This document shows, one piece after another, positions 6,743 through 16,153 of a stretch of DNA of 48,758 nt. The position numbers and the translations under genes were made by a program. How positions within the stretch are numbered: the first letter of the stretch is position 1; every line of letters begins with the position of its first letter. Source of the DNA: a virus. Under the pieces are notes generated by a model, which was given only the letters and a program-made list of their open reading frames with translations, made no database searches and was not told the origin of the DNA. The stretch is from IMG/VR virus record IMGVR_UViG_3300031087_000003. One strand, 5' to 3'.

Positions 6743-8186
6743 TCTTACCCCTGCTCATCTCGTTGAACGCGTCAGAGAGCGTTGTGAAGAGGATTTCAAA
6801 TTCTTCACCCGTTACTTCTTCAAAGCGCTCAAGGGAACCAAATTTGTATTCAGTGAGCATCACGATGAAATATGTGACGCACTGATGGATGTTTATTACG
6901 GGCGCACCACTCACCTGATGATTAATATTCCACCGCGTTATTCAAAAACTGAATTAGCGGTAAAAATGTTTCCCGCGTGGTGTTTCGTTAAGAACCCCCG
7001 TTGTGAATTTATTCATCTGAGTTATGCGGATATTCTCGCACTGGATAACTCAGACACAATTAAACAGATCTTAAAGTCCACTGAGTTTATTCAGTTGTGG
7101 CCCAATTTCGCTATTAAGGCGAATAAAGATTCCAAAAAAGCGTGGGGCACTGAAGAAGGCGGCGTATTTTACGCAACTGCTGCAGGTGGTCCAATTACCG
7201 GCTTCGGTGCGGGTAAGATTGATGACTTCAAGGGTAATAACGGTTTTGGTGGCGCAATCATCATCGATGACCCGTTAAAGCCCGATGACGCATACTCTGA
7301 CCCGAAACGTAACGCTGTTAACCGTCGATGGGATGAAACCATCAAGTCACGTTTCAACAGCGCAAAGACACCTTGCATCGTGATTATGCAGCGTATCCAT
7401 GAGAACGATTTCTGTGGGATGTTGCTCAAGGACAGTGAGTACGATTTTCGCCAGCTGGTACTACCTGCCATCGTTGATGAGGGTTTACCAACCGAACGCG
7501 CATTGTGGCCTCAGAAGCACTCTCTGGACGCGCTCAAGGCGATGCAGAAGAAGAACTCGTACATGTTCGCCAGTCAGATGCAGCAGCGCCCTGCACCACT
7601 TGGTGGCGGCATTCTGCGTGGTTCATGGTTCGGACGTTATGACGTGCTGCCGCCACTCAAATACCGTGCCATCTTTATCGATACCGCACAGAAAGCCAAA
7701 CAGCACAATGACTATCAGGTTGCTGAGGAATGGGGTCTTGGTGAGGATGGTTACCTGTACCTCATTGACGTTCTGCGTGACAAATTTGAGGCGTATGAGC
7801 TTGAGGTTAAAATCCCGGACTTCTGGAACAGTAAACGCGCTAATAAAAACGGTCGCCTGCGTTACATGGCTGTGGAAGATAAATCATCCGGCACCGAATT
7901 GATTCAGAAGATTCGCCACAAGATTAAACCTGTTATCCCCGTGCGTGAGATACCACGCGGACCAGCAGCGAACAAACTGACACGTGTGATGGACGTGCAG
8001 GGTTACATTGAGTCAGGCTATGTTAAGATACCGAACGAAGCAGCGTGGGTGTATGATTTCATTAAAGAGTGTGAGTCGTTTACCGCCGATGATACACACG
8101 CGCATGATGACCAGATTGACCCAATGTGTGACGCTATCAGTCAGATGCTTCACAACAACAAAGCAAGTATTGCGGAGATGCTCTGA
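6732..8186 (+). CDS. terL: Terminase large subunit
   Basis: 484 aa. Walker-B-like AIIIDDPLKPDD, C-terminal nuclease-like AHDDQIDP. Lies between terS and the portal gene. Confidence 0.85.
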   Translation: MSTSLTPAHLVERVRERCEEDFKFFTRYFFKALKGTKFVFSEHHDEICDALMDVYYGRTTHLMINIPPRYSKTELAVKMFPAWCFVKNPRCEFIHLSYADILALDNSDTIKQILKSTEFIQLWPNFAIKANKDSKKAWGTEEGGVFYATAAGGPITGFGAGKIDDFKGNNGFGGAIIIDDPLKPDDAYSDPKRNAVNRRWDETIKSRFNSAKTPCIVIMQRIHENDFCGMLLKDSEYDFRQLVLPAIVDEGLPTERALWPQKHSLDALKAMQKKNSYMFASQMQQRPAPLGGGILRGSWFGRYDVLPPLKYRAIFIDTAQKAKQHNDYQVAEEWGLGEDGYLYLIDVLRDKFEAYELEVKIPDFWNSKRANKNGRLRYMAVEDKSSGTELIQKIRHKIKPVIPVREIPRGPAANKLTRVMDVQGYIESGYVKIPNEAAWVYDFIKECESFTADDTHAHDDQIDPMCDAISQMLHNNKASIAEML

Positions 8187-8188
8187 CT

Positions 8189-9622
8189 ATGCCAAAAGCT
8201 AAACAACCTAACCTCCATTCCGTACCAGCTGTACGACACGCGACAGCCGATGGTCTGGTCAACGTTGTGTCAGGTCTTGGCACGCACAAGGCTAAGCGCT
8301 CACACAACTATTTCAGCTACGCCACGCTACAGGACTGGCAGCAGATGGACGCAGCGTATCAGACAAACTGGCTCGCACGTGCCATCGTGGACATCCCCGC
8401 TGAGGACATGTGTCGTGAGTGGCGCATCATCAAGTCCAAAGACGCAGACGCTATCCGCATTGAGGAAGACCGTCTGATGCTGCCCATGCACGTACAGGAA
8501 GCTGCAACATGGGGCGGACTGTACGGCGGCAGCGGTATTCTCATGCTGACCGGTCAGGACTTAACCAAACCGCTCAATCTCAACCGTGTGCGCAAAGGTA
8601 GTCTGGAGCGTCTGGTTGTATTTGACCGTTATGATATGTCTGCCATGACGCTTAACACGTGGAACGTGCTGGCACCGAATTACCTTGCGCCGGAGTTTTA
8701 CACCATCACCGGTGGCGGACAGCAGATTCACTGGTCACACTTTGCACGCTTTAATGGTACTCGCCTGCCCCGTCGCCAGATGTTACAGACTCAGGGCTGG
8801 GGTGATTCGGAGCTGCGCAAGTGTCTCGATGACATCATGGACATGGTTGCTTCAAAGGACGGTATCGCCGAGCTGATGCAGGAAGCCAACGTGGATATCA
8901 TCAAGCGTGAAGGCCTCAGTGATGAGCTCGCATCAGACCAGGACGAAGCTATCACACAGCGTTACGCCCTGTTCAGCCAGATGAAGTCCATTGTGCAGAT
9001 GGCCCTGCTGGACGGTGATGAGACATATGACCGCAAGACGCTCGACTTGGGCGGTGTTGCACCGGTTATTGAAATCTTCATGACGTGGATTAGCGGCGCT
9101 GCCAATATCCCACTCACCCGCCTGTTCGGTACCTCTGCAAAGGGTATGAATGCCACGGGTGAAGGAGATATGAATAACTACAACAATTCCATCCGTTCCA
9201 AACAGCTGACGCGCCTTGACCCGGGTATGCGTTATCTCGATGAGGTGATGGTACGTAGCGCACTGGGCTACTGGCCGGACGATTACAACTACGTGTGGGC
9301 ACCACTGTCACAACCTACCGAGTTGCAGCTTGCTCAGGCGGCTCAGACGCGTATGCAGACGGACATTGGTTACCTGCAGGAAGGTATCATCCGCCCGTCA
9401 CAGATTCAGCGTAACCTGCAGTCGTCCGAGCAGTATCAGTTTGCTGATGAGGACATTGAGTCACAGGAAGCAGCTGAGACAGACGTTATTGTGCGTCCGG
9501 ATGACGTGGAGGAGCCAGTTGCACAGGTGGAGCAAACTGACTCATTTTGGCTTAAGTATACTGACCTGACCGTTAAGGATGGTCTGTCACATGAGCAGGC
9601 TATGGAGCAACTCGCCCAATAA
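8189..9622 (+). CDS. Portal protein (DUF1073/HI1409-like)
   Basis: 477 aa directly after TerL. NWLARAIVDIPAEDM motif is recalled for this portal family. Confidence 0.8.
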   Translation: MPKAKQPNLHSVPAVRHATADGLVNVVSGLGTHKAKRSHNYFSYATLQDWQQMDAAYQTNWLARAIVDIPAEDMCREWRIIKSKDADAIRIEEDRLMLPMHVQEAATWGGLYGGSGILMLTGQDLTKPLNLNRVRKGSLERLVVFDRYDMSAMTLNTWNVLAPNYLAPEFYTITGGGQQIHWSHFARFNGTRLPRRQMLQTQGWGDSELRKCLDDIMDMVASKDGIAELMQEANVDIIKREGLSDELASDQDEAITQRYALFSQMKSIVQMALLDGDETYDRKTLDLGGVAPVIEIFMTWISGAANIPLTRLFGTSAKGMNATGEGDMNNYNNSIRSKQLTRLDPGMRYLDEVMVRSALGYWPDDYNYVWAPLSQPTELQLAQAAQTRMQTDIGYLQEGIIRPSQIQRNLQSSEQYQFADEDIESQEAAETDVIVRPDDVEEPVAQVEQTDSFWLKYTDLTVKDGLSHEQAMEQLAQ

Positions 9623-9640
9623 GGGCGAGTGTTTTAGTTA

Positions 9641-9955
9641 TTATTTGGTAGATTTATACCACTCTGCATCGAAATCTGCCATCGCCAGTGCTGGTGATGA
9701 ACCGGTGCCAACAACGCCCGTTGGTAGGTCTCCGAGTATTGCTAACCATGCATTTCCATCCTGAGTCAATGCAGGCTTGAACACTGCAGAAGGTCTGCCA
9801 TGCTCCTGCGCGGCGCTCTGTATCTCGTAGCAAGCTTGCTGGAAGTAGTGTCCGACATTCTCGTTCCGCATTGCACTTTCAACTGCAGCGCCAATGTCAC
9901 AACCGCCAAGACGGCTTCTGACTGCGTCATAAACTGCCTGATATGTATCACTCAT
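9641..9955 (-). CDS. Hypothetical protein; reverse-strand cassette between portal and Mu-F genes
   Basis: AGAGGA SD before the ATG. Own promoter at 9999-10027. Confidence 0.65.
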   Translation of the reverse strand: MSDTYQAVYDAVRSRLGGCDIGAAVESAMRNENVGHYFQQACYEIQSAAQEHGRPSAVFKPALTQDGNAWLAILGDLPTGVVGTGSSPALAMADFDAEWYKSTK

Positions 9956-9998
9956 TCTTCAATCCTCTAAATTATGATATTATCTGACCAACGCACTC

Positions 9999-10027
9999 AA
10001 TATACCCTACTCTGACGGAACCGTCAA
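9999..10027 (-). promoter_or_regulatory. Sigma70-like promoter with palindromic operator (leftward)
   Basis: Minus strand reads TTGACG-gttc-CGTCAG-N7-TATATT. Confidence 0.65.
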
Positions 10028-10797
10028 TGCCTACACAGACTGAAATCGCATACAACCGCAAGCTGCAACAGATTGTTAAACTGGTACGGGCTGACATTGA
10101 CGCAGAGCTTGTACCGGCTATTAAACAGTCTGTGCCGGAATATGTGGCTGACAGCTGGAGTGATGTGATAGCTGCTGTGCTGGAACGTCTCGTAGCACGC
10201 TGGACCAGCCCTTTTGCACGCAAGCAGGCGCGCGACATTGCGGGCAGCTTTGTCAGTGATGCTTCCACACGTGCGATGCGCCAGAGTGTAGGCATTGACC
10301 TGTATGGCGGTAATGACCAACTTGTGGACTATCTTAAAGCTGCTGCAGACCAGAACGCCGCGCTTATCACGTCCATCCCCGCTCAGTATCTGGAACAGGT
10401 GAGCAACATTGTCACGGGTAACATGCGTGCCGGTATGCGCCCCAGCTACATCGAGCAGACACTTGTTAAACAGTTTGGTATTACTAGCCGCAGAGCTAAG
10501 CTGATTGCTACTGACCAATTTGGTAAAATACAAGGTGAAATCAATAAGATACGTCAGGTTAATTCAGGAATTCGCTACTTTCGGTGGGTAACTGCTCATG
10601 ATGAACGCGTGCGTCCTTCTCACGTTGCAGTTGCTAAAAGAGATGTCGGATACGGACCGGGTGTGTTTCGTTGGGATGATTTACCTATTGTAGACGGAGT
10701 GCCCACGTTCTGTGGACAACCCGTCCGGTGTCGATGTGTAGCTGTTCCAGTAACACAAGCGCAAGTAGAACGTAACCGTAAAGCTGCTAAGAAATGA
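10027..10797 (+). CDS. Head morphogenesis protein (Mu F / SPP1 gp7 family)
   Basis: RWVTAHDERVRPSHVA...CRCV signature. Lies after the portal gene. Confidence 0.8.
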   Translation: MPTQTEIAYNRKLQQIVKLVRADIDAELVPAIKQSVPEYVADSWSDVIAAVLERLVARWTSPFARKQARDIAGSFVSDASTRAMRQSVGIDLYGGNDQLVDYLKAAADQNAALITSIPAQYLEQVSNIVTGNMRAGMRPSYIEQTLVKQFGITSRRAKLIATDQFGKIQGEINKIRQVNSGIRYFRWVTAHDERVRPSHVAVAKRDVGYGPGVFRWDDLPIVDGVPTFCGQPVRCRCVAVPVTQAQVERNRKAAKK

Positions 10798-11341
10798 ATC
10801 GGTTACTACCATGATTCTTGCTAAAACCGTAGTGATTTTCGGCTGATTTACGCATACAGCAAGCTTCGAAGAAGTCACGCGTAATACCAAGATGTTTCCC
10901 TTTACCATTCACACCAATCATCGCGACATATGCTCCGGTCTGACCGTGGATTACAACTCCTGAAATTCCTGTTTTATTGCGCTTGTGACGTCGCATGTTT
11001 CTACTGTTCTCAAGCGGTGTTACATTTCTCAAGTTGCACAGTCTGTTGTCTGTAGGGTCGCCGTTTATGTGGTCAATCACGTCTGGTAAATCCCCGTGAA
11101 TATACAGCCACACGATTCGGTGGTACATGTAGTCTTTGTCCAGTAGTCGAATATACTTGTAAAATTTCCCATTCCACTTATTGACCTTGGTGCTACCTGC
11201 TAGAGTTCCAGCAAACCGAGTGTTCCATTTCTTCCAGTTGCGGTCTGTTGTGAACATGTTGCGAGGACGGAGAGTATGGGTGAACAGACCCGTTTCCGGG
11301 TCATATTCTAAACAGGTTCTAACTACTTCATAGAGGTCCAC
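10787..11341 (-). CDS. HNH-AP2 homing endonuclease
   Basis: DHINGDPTDNRLCNLR...ENSRN is an HNH motif, followed by an AP2-like GISGV..G.YVA module. GTG start with GGAGAGG SD. Confidence 0.8.
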   Translation of the reverse strand: MDLYEVVRTCLEYDPETGLFTHTLRPRNMFTTDRNWKKWNTRFAGTLAGSTKVNKWNGKFYKYIRLLDKDYMYHRIVWLYIHGDLPDVIDHINGDPTDNRLCNLRNVTPLENSRNMRRHKRNKTGISGVVIHGQTGAYVAMIGVNGKGKHLGITRDFFEACCMRKSAENHYGFSKNHGSNRFIS

Positions 11342-11624
11342 GGTTACGCCTCTCCCACTTAAATTTAACCAGTCGCACCACAAACCATAAGCCGCGAGCC
11401 ACCATGAACAGCAGTCCCGGAATAAGCAGTGCACCCACTGCAAAAGACTGTGTGGTCAGCGCATCACGTGCAAATACGCACAGGCAGAACCACATGAACC
11501 ACATGCCGTAGAGGAATTGTGTCACGGGTATCTCTCCAATGTTCATTTTTCGTTTATCACCATAGTCACGGATGTATCGTGTTGGTGGCGGTGTTGGTAA
11601 CTGTGGAGGTTGTGGTACTGTCAT
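11328..11624 (-). CDS. Membrane protein (98 aa)
   Basis: Pro-rich N-terminus followed by two hydrophobic helices. The ATG at 11624 overlaps the upstream TGA. Confidence 0.5.
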   Translation of the reverse strand: MTVPQPPQLPTPPPTRYIRDYGDKRKMNIGEIPVTQFLYGMWFMWFCLCVFARDALTTQSFAVGALLIPGLLFMVARGLWFVVRLVKFKWERRNRGPL

Positions 11625-11692
11625 CGTGCAGTCCCCAGCATGACCCAGCACAATACACCTGCTGCGAGTAGTAAGAATTCAGTAAAGGTCAT
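11621..11692 (-). CDS. Possible 23-aa hydrophobic peptide
   Basis: MTFTEFLLLAAGVLCWVMLGTAR, with ATGA coupling at both ends. Confidence 0.3.
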   Translation of the reverse strand: MTFTEFLLLAAGVLCWVMLGTAR

Positions 11693-11862
11693 TGTGGAAT
11701 TATTCCTTTCTTTTTATCGCGATAATATTTTGCTTTACCTTTGCGGAGTGCTTCAATACGGTCTTTTGCCTCCACCCGGCAAGTCCATCCACCCATGTAC
11801 TCAGATGGTGCGCCACCTGAATCCCAATTACCAGACGGATAACGTCCCACTGTCCAAATCAT
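11689..11862 (-). CDS. Hypothetical protein (57 aa)
   Basis: The ATG at 11862 overlaps the upstream TGA. Below the track size cutoff. Confidence 0.45.
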   Translation of the reverse strand: MIWTVGRYPSGNWDSGGAPSEYMGGWTCRVEAKDRIEALRKGKAKYYRDKKKGIIPQ

Positions 11863-12527
11863 CCCTCAATCTCCTTAACAATTAACGTTGCATAACCGGC
11901 AATATCTTTCCAGTTATCGTCATAGTCCGGGTCACCGTTGAGAATGCGACCAATTTTATGCTGAATCATTTCCAGCGCTTCTTTCTGTGAAGGCTTCAGT
12001 GCGTCCCACTTTGGTGCAGCGTGCATCACATCTTTCAGCTGCTGCATGATAGCTGCACCATCCTTAAACTCACCGTAACGGGTTCCACGCTCTGCGATGA
12101 GTGCTTCGGTTGGTGTGGCAGACTGTTGGATTGACTCACAGACCCGATATTTTATTAAATTTGGTTTAGATTTGTTTTCCCAATCGTAATCACCAGCCTT
12201 CACGCCTAGGTCAGGTTTTAAACCATCATCAAACATAACATCCACCAAAATATTTTCTGACACGGGACATTCCCCACCACTCCATTGAATCCAACCACCT
12301 TCGTCTACTTTGCGGCGTTCGGCGATGACAATGGGCGTTTCTTCATCACCACTATGTAATTCAAAAACACCGGTTAAATCATGATTAGAAGTATATCTGT
12401 CGCCCACACGGTGTCCTTCACTAAACCAAATGATATGGTTAGGTGTCCGCCCAGTTGTTTCTACATACACTGCCCACTCCGGTGCACCCTCAAAATCTGC
12501 CTCACTACCCTTAACGTATTCCCACAT
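11859..12527 (-). CDS. Hypothetical protein: W-x-W-GG-x-CPV domain plus a C-terminal all-alpha domain
   Basis: AGGAGTGAG SD before the Met at 12527 (the track ORF runs upstream into the promoter). The C-terminal RYGEF...QKEAL.MI..KI.RIL pattern looks like a phage nucleotide-hydrolase N-domain; that assignment is a weak recollection. Confidence 0.65.
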   Translation of the reverse strand: MWEYVKGSEADFEGAPEWAVYVETTGRTPNHIIWFSEGHRVGDRYTSNHDLTGVFELHSGDEETPIVIAERRKVDEGGWIQWSGGECPVSENILVDVMFDDGLKPDLGVKAGDYDWENKSKPNLIKYRVCESIQQSATPTEALIAERGTRYGEFKDGAAIMQQLKDVMHAAPKWDALKPSQKEALEMIQHKIGRILNGDPDYDDNWKDIAGYATLIVKEIEG

Positions 12528-12570
12528 GTTGCTCACTCCTGAAATTAACTGTATGATATGTCTCATTAGT

Positions 12571-12599
12571 AAGTTATCACCTACTGACGGGTACGTCAA
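12571..12599 (-). promoter_or_regulatory. Sigma70-like promoter with palindromic operator (leftward)
   Basis: Minus strand reads TTGACG-tacc-CGTCAG-N7-TAACTT. Confidence 0.6.
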
Positions 12600-12606
12600 C
12601 ACAATT

Positions 12607-13716
12607 ATGCAGATTACCGTACAAGACCGACAGACATATAAAATCACTCAACGTGAGTTTACGGATGAGGGATTCTTACGTGTACCGGGCAAAGTAGCGC
12701 GTACCGGTATTCAGCAATATCTGGCGTGTGAACTTGGCCTCGATGGGGACCCTAACCGTGTTATCAATGTGTATCGCCCTGAAGAGGAAGTGTTTGCTGC
12801 TGACTCTCTGGCATCATACGACAGCTCGGACATCACACTGCAACACCCTGACACACTGGTGGATAGCTCCAACTACTCCAGAACTGTCAAAGGTGTTGTA
12901 CGTGGTCCGGGTGTCCGTACCGATGATGACTGGGTACAGTGCAACCTCATCGTGAAAGCCAAAGATGCAGTTGATGCGATTATGGCTGGCACATGTGAAC
13001 TTTCTGCAGGCTATACCGCCACGTATGACGACACACCCGGTACCGCACCAGATGGTACGCCTTATCAGTTCCGTCAGACAAATATCCGAATCAATCACGT
13101 CGCAGTTGTGGACCGCGCCCGCGCTGGCTCTTCGGCACGTATTTTTGATACTAAAACCACTGGAGATAAAGCGATGCATCAAATCGTAACAGACACGGGG
13201 CGAGTCCTCGAAGTCGCTGATGCTGCCGTAGCAGATGCATTCGACCGCCTTAATAAGCGTGTCAGTGATGCAGAAGCTACCGCAACTAAAGCGCAGGCTA
13301 CCAACGATGGCTTACAGGCCAAAGTTGATGACCTTACCGGTAAACTGGAACAGGCTGTTATTGCTTCCAGCGATGAAGCAATTAAGCAACGTGTTGAGCA
13401 AATCGCACAGGTGCAGAGTAAAGCACGCAAAGTAGCTGGTGATACCTTCAGCTGCGACAGCGTGAATGCAACTGACATCATGCGTGCCGCCCTCGCCCTG
13501 CGTCATCCAAAGCGCGACTTTGCTGATAAATCTGCCGACTACGTTCAGGCTGCTTTCGATATGGCAGCTGATGAAGACGAAGAAGACAAGAAAGAGAGCA
13601 AAGACGCACAGTACACTCAGCTGGCGCAGGATGCTGCACGCGGTACTCAGCCTCAGCAGTCAGCCTATGACAAGTTTAAGCAACAGGTTTCCAATGCTCA
13701 CCGTGGGGGTAAATAA
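12607..13716 (+). CDS. Scaffold / prohead-protease-like protein (DUF2213-like)
   Basis: Internal Met at 12607 (MQITVQDRQ...). Coiled-coil, acidic C-terminus. Lies just upstream of the capsid genes. Confidence 0.65.
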   Translation: MQITVQDRQTYKITQREFTDEGFLRVPGKVARTGIQQYLACELGLDGDPNRVINVYRPEEEVFAADSLASYDSSDITLQHPDTLVDSSNYSRTVKGVVRGPGVRTDDDWVQCNLIVKAKDAVDAIMAGTCELSAGYTATYDDTPGTAPDGTPYQFRQTNIRINHVAVVDRARAGSSARIFDTKTTGDKAMHQIVTDTGRVLEVADAAVADAFDRLNKRVSDAEATATKAQATNDGLQAKVDDLTGKLEQAVIASSDEAIKQRVEQIAQVQSKARKVAGDTFSCDSVNATDIMRAALALRHPKRDFADKSADYVQAAFDMAADEDEEDKKESKDAQYTQLAQDAARGTQPQQSAYDKFKQQVSNAHRGGK

Positions 13717-13718
13717 TC

Positions 13719-14195
13719 ATGCCTGTACAGACTACATACAGCCGCTACTACGGTGATGCTTTCGAAGGTCAGAAAGCAGACATGGAAGCGTACAATACCG
13801 TTTCAAAACTGAACAAAGGTACTGCAGTTATTCCGTTTGGTCGCGCTGTGTTCACAGATGGCGACGATGGTATGAAGCTGCCGGTAACCGGTTCGACTGC
13901 TGCACAGTTCATCGGTATCACCATGCGTGAACTGACCCGTGCATACACCACCGCTCAGGCAACTCCTGCGATTGGTGCAGTTCCTAAGTATGACTCAACC
14001 GTCATGACGATGGGTGTTATCTGGGTACGCCCTGCTGTAGCGGTTGTTAAAGATGACCCTGTGTATGTTGTGCTGGCAGACGGTACTTTCAGTAACGTTG
14101 CGGGTACCACTAACGTGCTGTTACCAAACGCACAATTTGTTTCAACTGCTGCAGCCGGTTCACTGGCTAAAGTTTCTCTGGTTGTTGGGGGTTAA
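13719..14195 (+). CDS. Head decoration / cement-like protein
   Basis: 158 aa between the scaffold and major capsid genes. Confidence 0.5.
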   Translation: MPVQTTYSRYYGDAFEGQKADMEAYNTVSKLNKGTAVIPFGRAVFTDGDDGMKLPVTGSTAAQFIGITMRELTRAYTTAQATPAIGAVPKYDSTVMTMGVIWVRPAVAVVKDDPVYVVLADGTFSNVAGTTNVLLPNAQFVSTAAAGSLAKVSLVVGG

Positions 14196-14198
14196 TAA

Positions 14199-15182
14199 AT
14201 GAATCTTGTAACAGTTACTGACAGCCAGACCGGTTTCCAGTTCACGTACGATGACAATCTGCGTAACATGAAAACCGCCGATGCTGGTATTGGCTTCTAC
14301 ATCAGTCAGTTCACCAATCTTGAGTCAAAAGTGTATGAAGTTCTGTACGCTGATATCATCTTTGACCAACTGGTTCCGGTTGATACCTCTGACCCGGAGT
14401 GGATTGACAGCGTTTCATACCTGTCATTCGACGGCGCAACAATGGGTAAATTCATTGCTGCTAACGGTCGTGACCTGCCACAGGTTGATATTGATGCTAA
14501 TCTGTCAAACATTCCTGTTGGTTATGCTGGTAACAGCTATGGCTACTCTCTGGAAGAACTGCGTAAAGCTGCGGCAATGCGTATTCCTCTGGATGTGACC
14601 AAAGCGCGTCTGGCATTCCGTGGTGCACGTCAGCACTCACAGCAGGTAGCCTTCTTCGGTGATGCAAACCGCAACATGTACGGCCTGTTCAATCACCCGA
14701 ACGTGCCGCTGGATAACTCCGCGCTGGACTGGACCACTGCTACCGGTGCTGAGATTGTTGCGGATATGAACAGCCTTATTACTAAGGTCTGGACTCAGTC
14801 AGCACAGCGTCACACTCCAAACACCCTGTTACTGCCGTCTGTACTGTGGACCATCGCAGCTAACAAGCGTATGGATACCGGTACCGACACCACCGTACTG
14901 GAATTCTTCCGCCGCAACAACACATATACCGGTGTTACCGGTCAGCCAATCGACATCCGCGCTGTCCTGTGGCTGAACGATGCAGGTGTGGGCGGTACTC
15001 CTCGTATGATGGCGTACGAGAAGAACAGCGACAACCTGACCATGCGTATGCCTATCCCGTGGCGTTCACTGCCTCCGCAGGCTACCGCACTGCGTCTGGA
15101 AATTCCGTGCGAGTATAAAATCTCTGGCACCGAGTTCCGTTACCCACTGTCTGCAGCTTACCGCGACGTGGTTGGACCATAA
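14199..15182 (+). CDS. Major capsid protein
   Basis: 327 aa. Position and size fit, and a strong terminator follows. Confidence 0.8.
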   Translation: MNLVTVTDSQTGFQFTYDDNLRNMKTADAGIGFYISQFTNLESKVYEVLYADIIFDQLVPVDTSDPEWIDSVSYLSFDGATMGKFIAANGRDLPQVDIDANLSNIPVGYAGNSYGYSLEELRKAAAMRIPLDVTKARLAFRGARQHSQQVAFFGDANRNMYGLFNHPNVPLDNSALDWTTATGAEIVADMNSLITKVWTQSAQRHTPNTLLLPSVLWTIAANKRMDTGTDTTVLEFFRRNNTYTGVTGQPIDIRAVLWLNDAGVGGTPRMMAYEKNSDNLTMRMPIPWRSLPPQATALRLEIPCEYKISGTEFRYPLSAAYRDVVGP

Positions 15183-15189
15183 ATTACTA

Positions 15190-15211
15190 AGCCCTCTTCG
15201 GAGGGCTTTTT
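15190..15211 (+). terminator. Intrinsic terminator
   Basis: AGCCCTC-ttcg-GAGGGCT followed by TTTTT. Confidence 0.8.
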
Positions 15212-15212
15212 A

Positions 15213-15725
15213 TTATGGTTTAGGCGCTGCTGGTAGTGGCATCCAGTGAGTAACCTCGGTGAAAAAAGAATATCCTTCACCATCACTGAATTTATCCCAT
15301 TGGTCGTAAAAACCAGCTTTCACTACACCGCCGCAACACACCAGAAGTAACCCATCGTTACCTTCCCCATCAGGCATCCGCTCGCTACATTTCACCCACT
15401 CTGCACCACCTGTGGCACATATAGGCTCTATTGGTGCTGTGTGTGGGGCATTGAGGCGCTTAACTTCGGCGATACAGGAGTTCCATCCTTCACACTGGCC
15501 GAGACCTCTTGCCTCCTCCGCTTCCTTTGGATTAAAGCCATCGCAGACCACTTCATCAGGCAGCTTCAAAGCTGGGCTTGCAGGTTGGGTTGGTGCGGCA
15601 AGGGCGATTTCGTTAATCTGCTTCTGGCGCTCAGTGAATTCCTTTACGCTATCGAAGAAAGTTTTATTTTGCTGGCACATCTCGATGTGTCTAATCAGCG
15701 CCTGCTTCTGCTCTTCGGTCATCAT
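15213..15725 (-). CDS. Hypothetical protein with C-terminal DUF551-like domain
   Basis: C-terminus WVKCSERMPD...THWMPLPAAP resembles 46086-46274. Confidence 0.65.
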   Translation of the reverse strand: MMTEEQKQALIRHIEMCQQNKTFFDSVKEFTERQKQINEIALAAPTQPASPALKLPDEVVCDGFNPKEAEEARGLGQCEGWNSCIAEVKRLNAPHTAPIEPICATGGAEWVKCSERMPDGEGNDGLLLVCCGGVVKAGFYDQWDKFSDGEGYSFFTEVTHWMPLPAAPKP

Positions 15726-16153
15726 TCTTTCACACTCCCACCTGCTGCACGGATGGCTTCACCTAACGCACTAACTCCAGCGTTAAACCCATTTGACCAT
15801 GACAAGGCATTATCCGCTCGGTAATGGTCTGGCGCATCGCTCGCCGTAGTCTCAGCAGGCAACACAACCGGCTGCATAACCGCCACTGGCGGCGACGTGT
15901 AGATGAACGTTCTGTCCGCAAAGGAATCTGCATCGTTAGGGTGAATAGAAACATATCTCCCGCAAGTAACACCTTGTTCTGCGAGTTTTATAGCGTCTGC
16001 ACCATCCTTACAAATCCACGCCAACGGCACCGCCTCCAGACTCGCCAGCGCCACTCTCGCCATATTCACCACCCAATCCCGATGGTCTTGCGGATTGGCA
16101 ATAACGTCTTCGCAATGTGCTTTTAGTTGCTGGTTAGTCATGGGTCTCATCAT
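15722..16153 (-). CDS. Hypothetical protein (143 aa)
   Basis: ATGA-coupled within a three-gene reverse-strand operon. Confidence 0.6.
   Translation of the reverse strand: MMRPMTNQQLKAHCEDVIANPQDHRDWVVNMARVALASLEAVPLAWICKDGADAIKLAEQGVTCGRYVSIHPNDADSFADRTFIYTSPPVAVMQPVVLPAETTASDAPDHYRADNALSWSNGFNAGVSALGEAIRAAGGSVKE

Noticed and set aside
12430-12647. N-terminal extensions of track ORFs 12430-13716 (+) and 11859-12647 (-), which overlap each other and the promoter
   Set aside because: Internal Met codons at 12607 and 12527 have good context: an SD for the minus gene, and a position just past the operator for the plus gene. The extensions would run through the divergent promoter.
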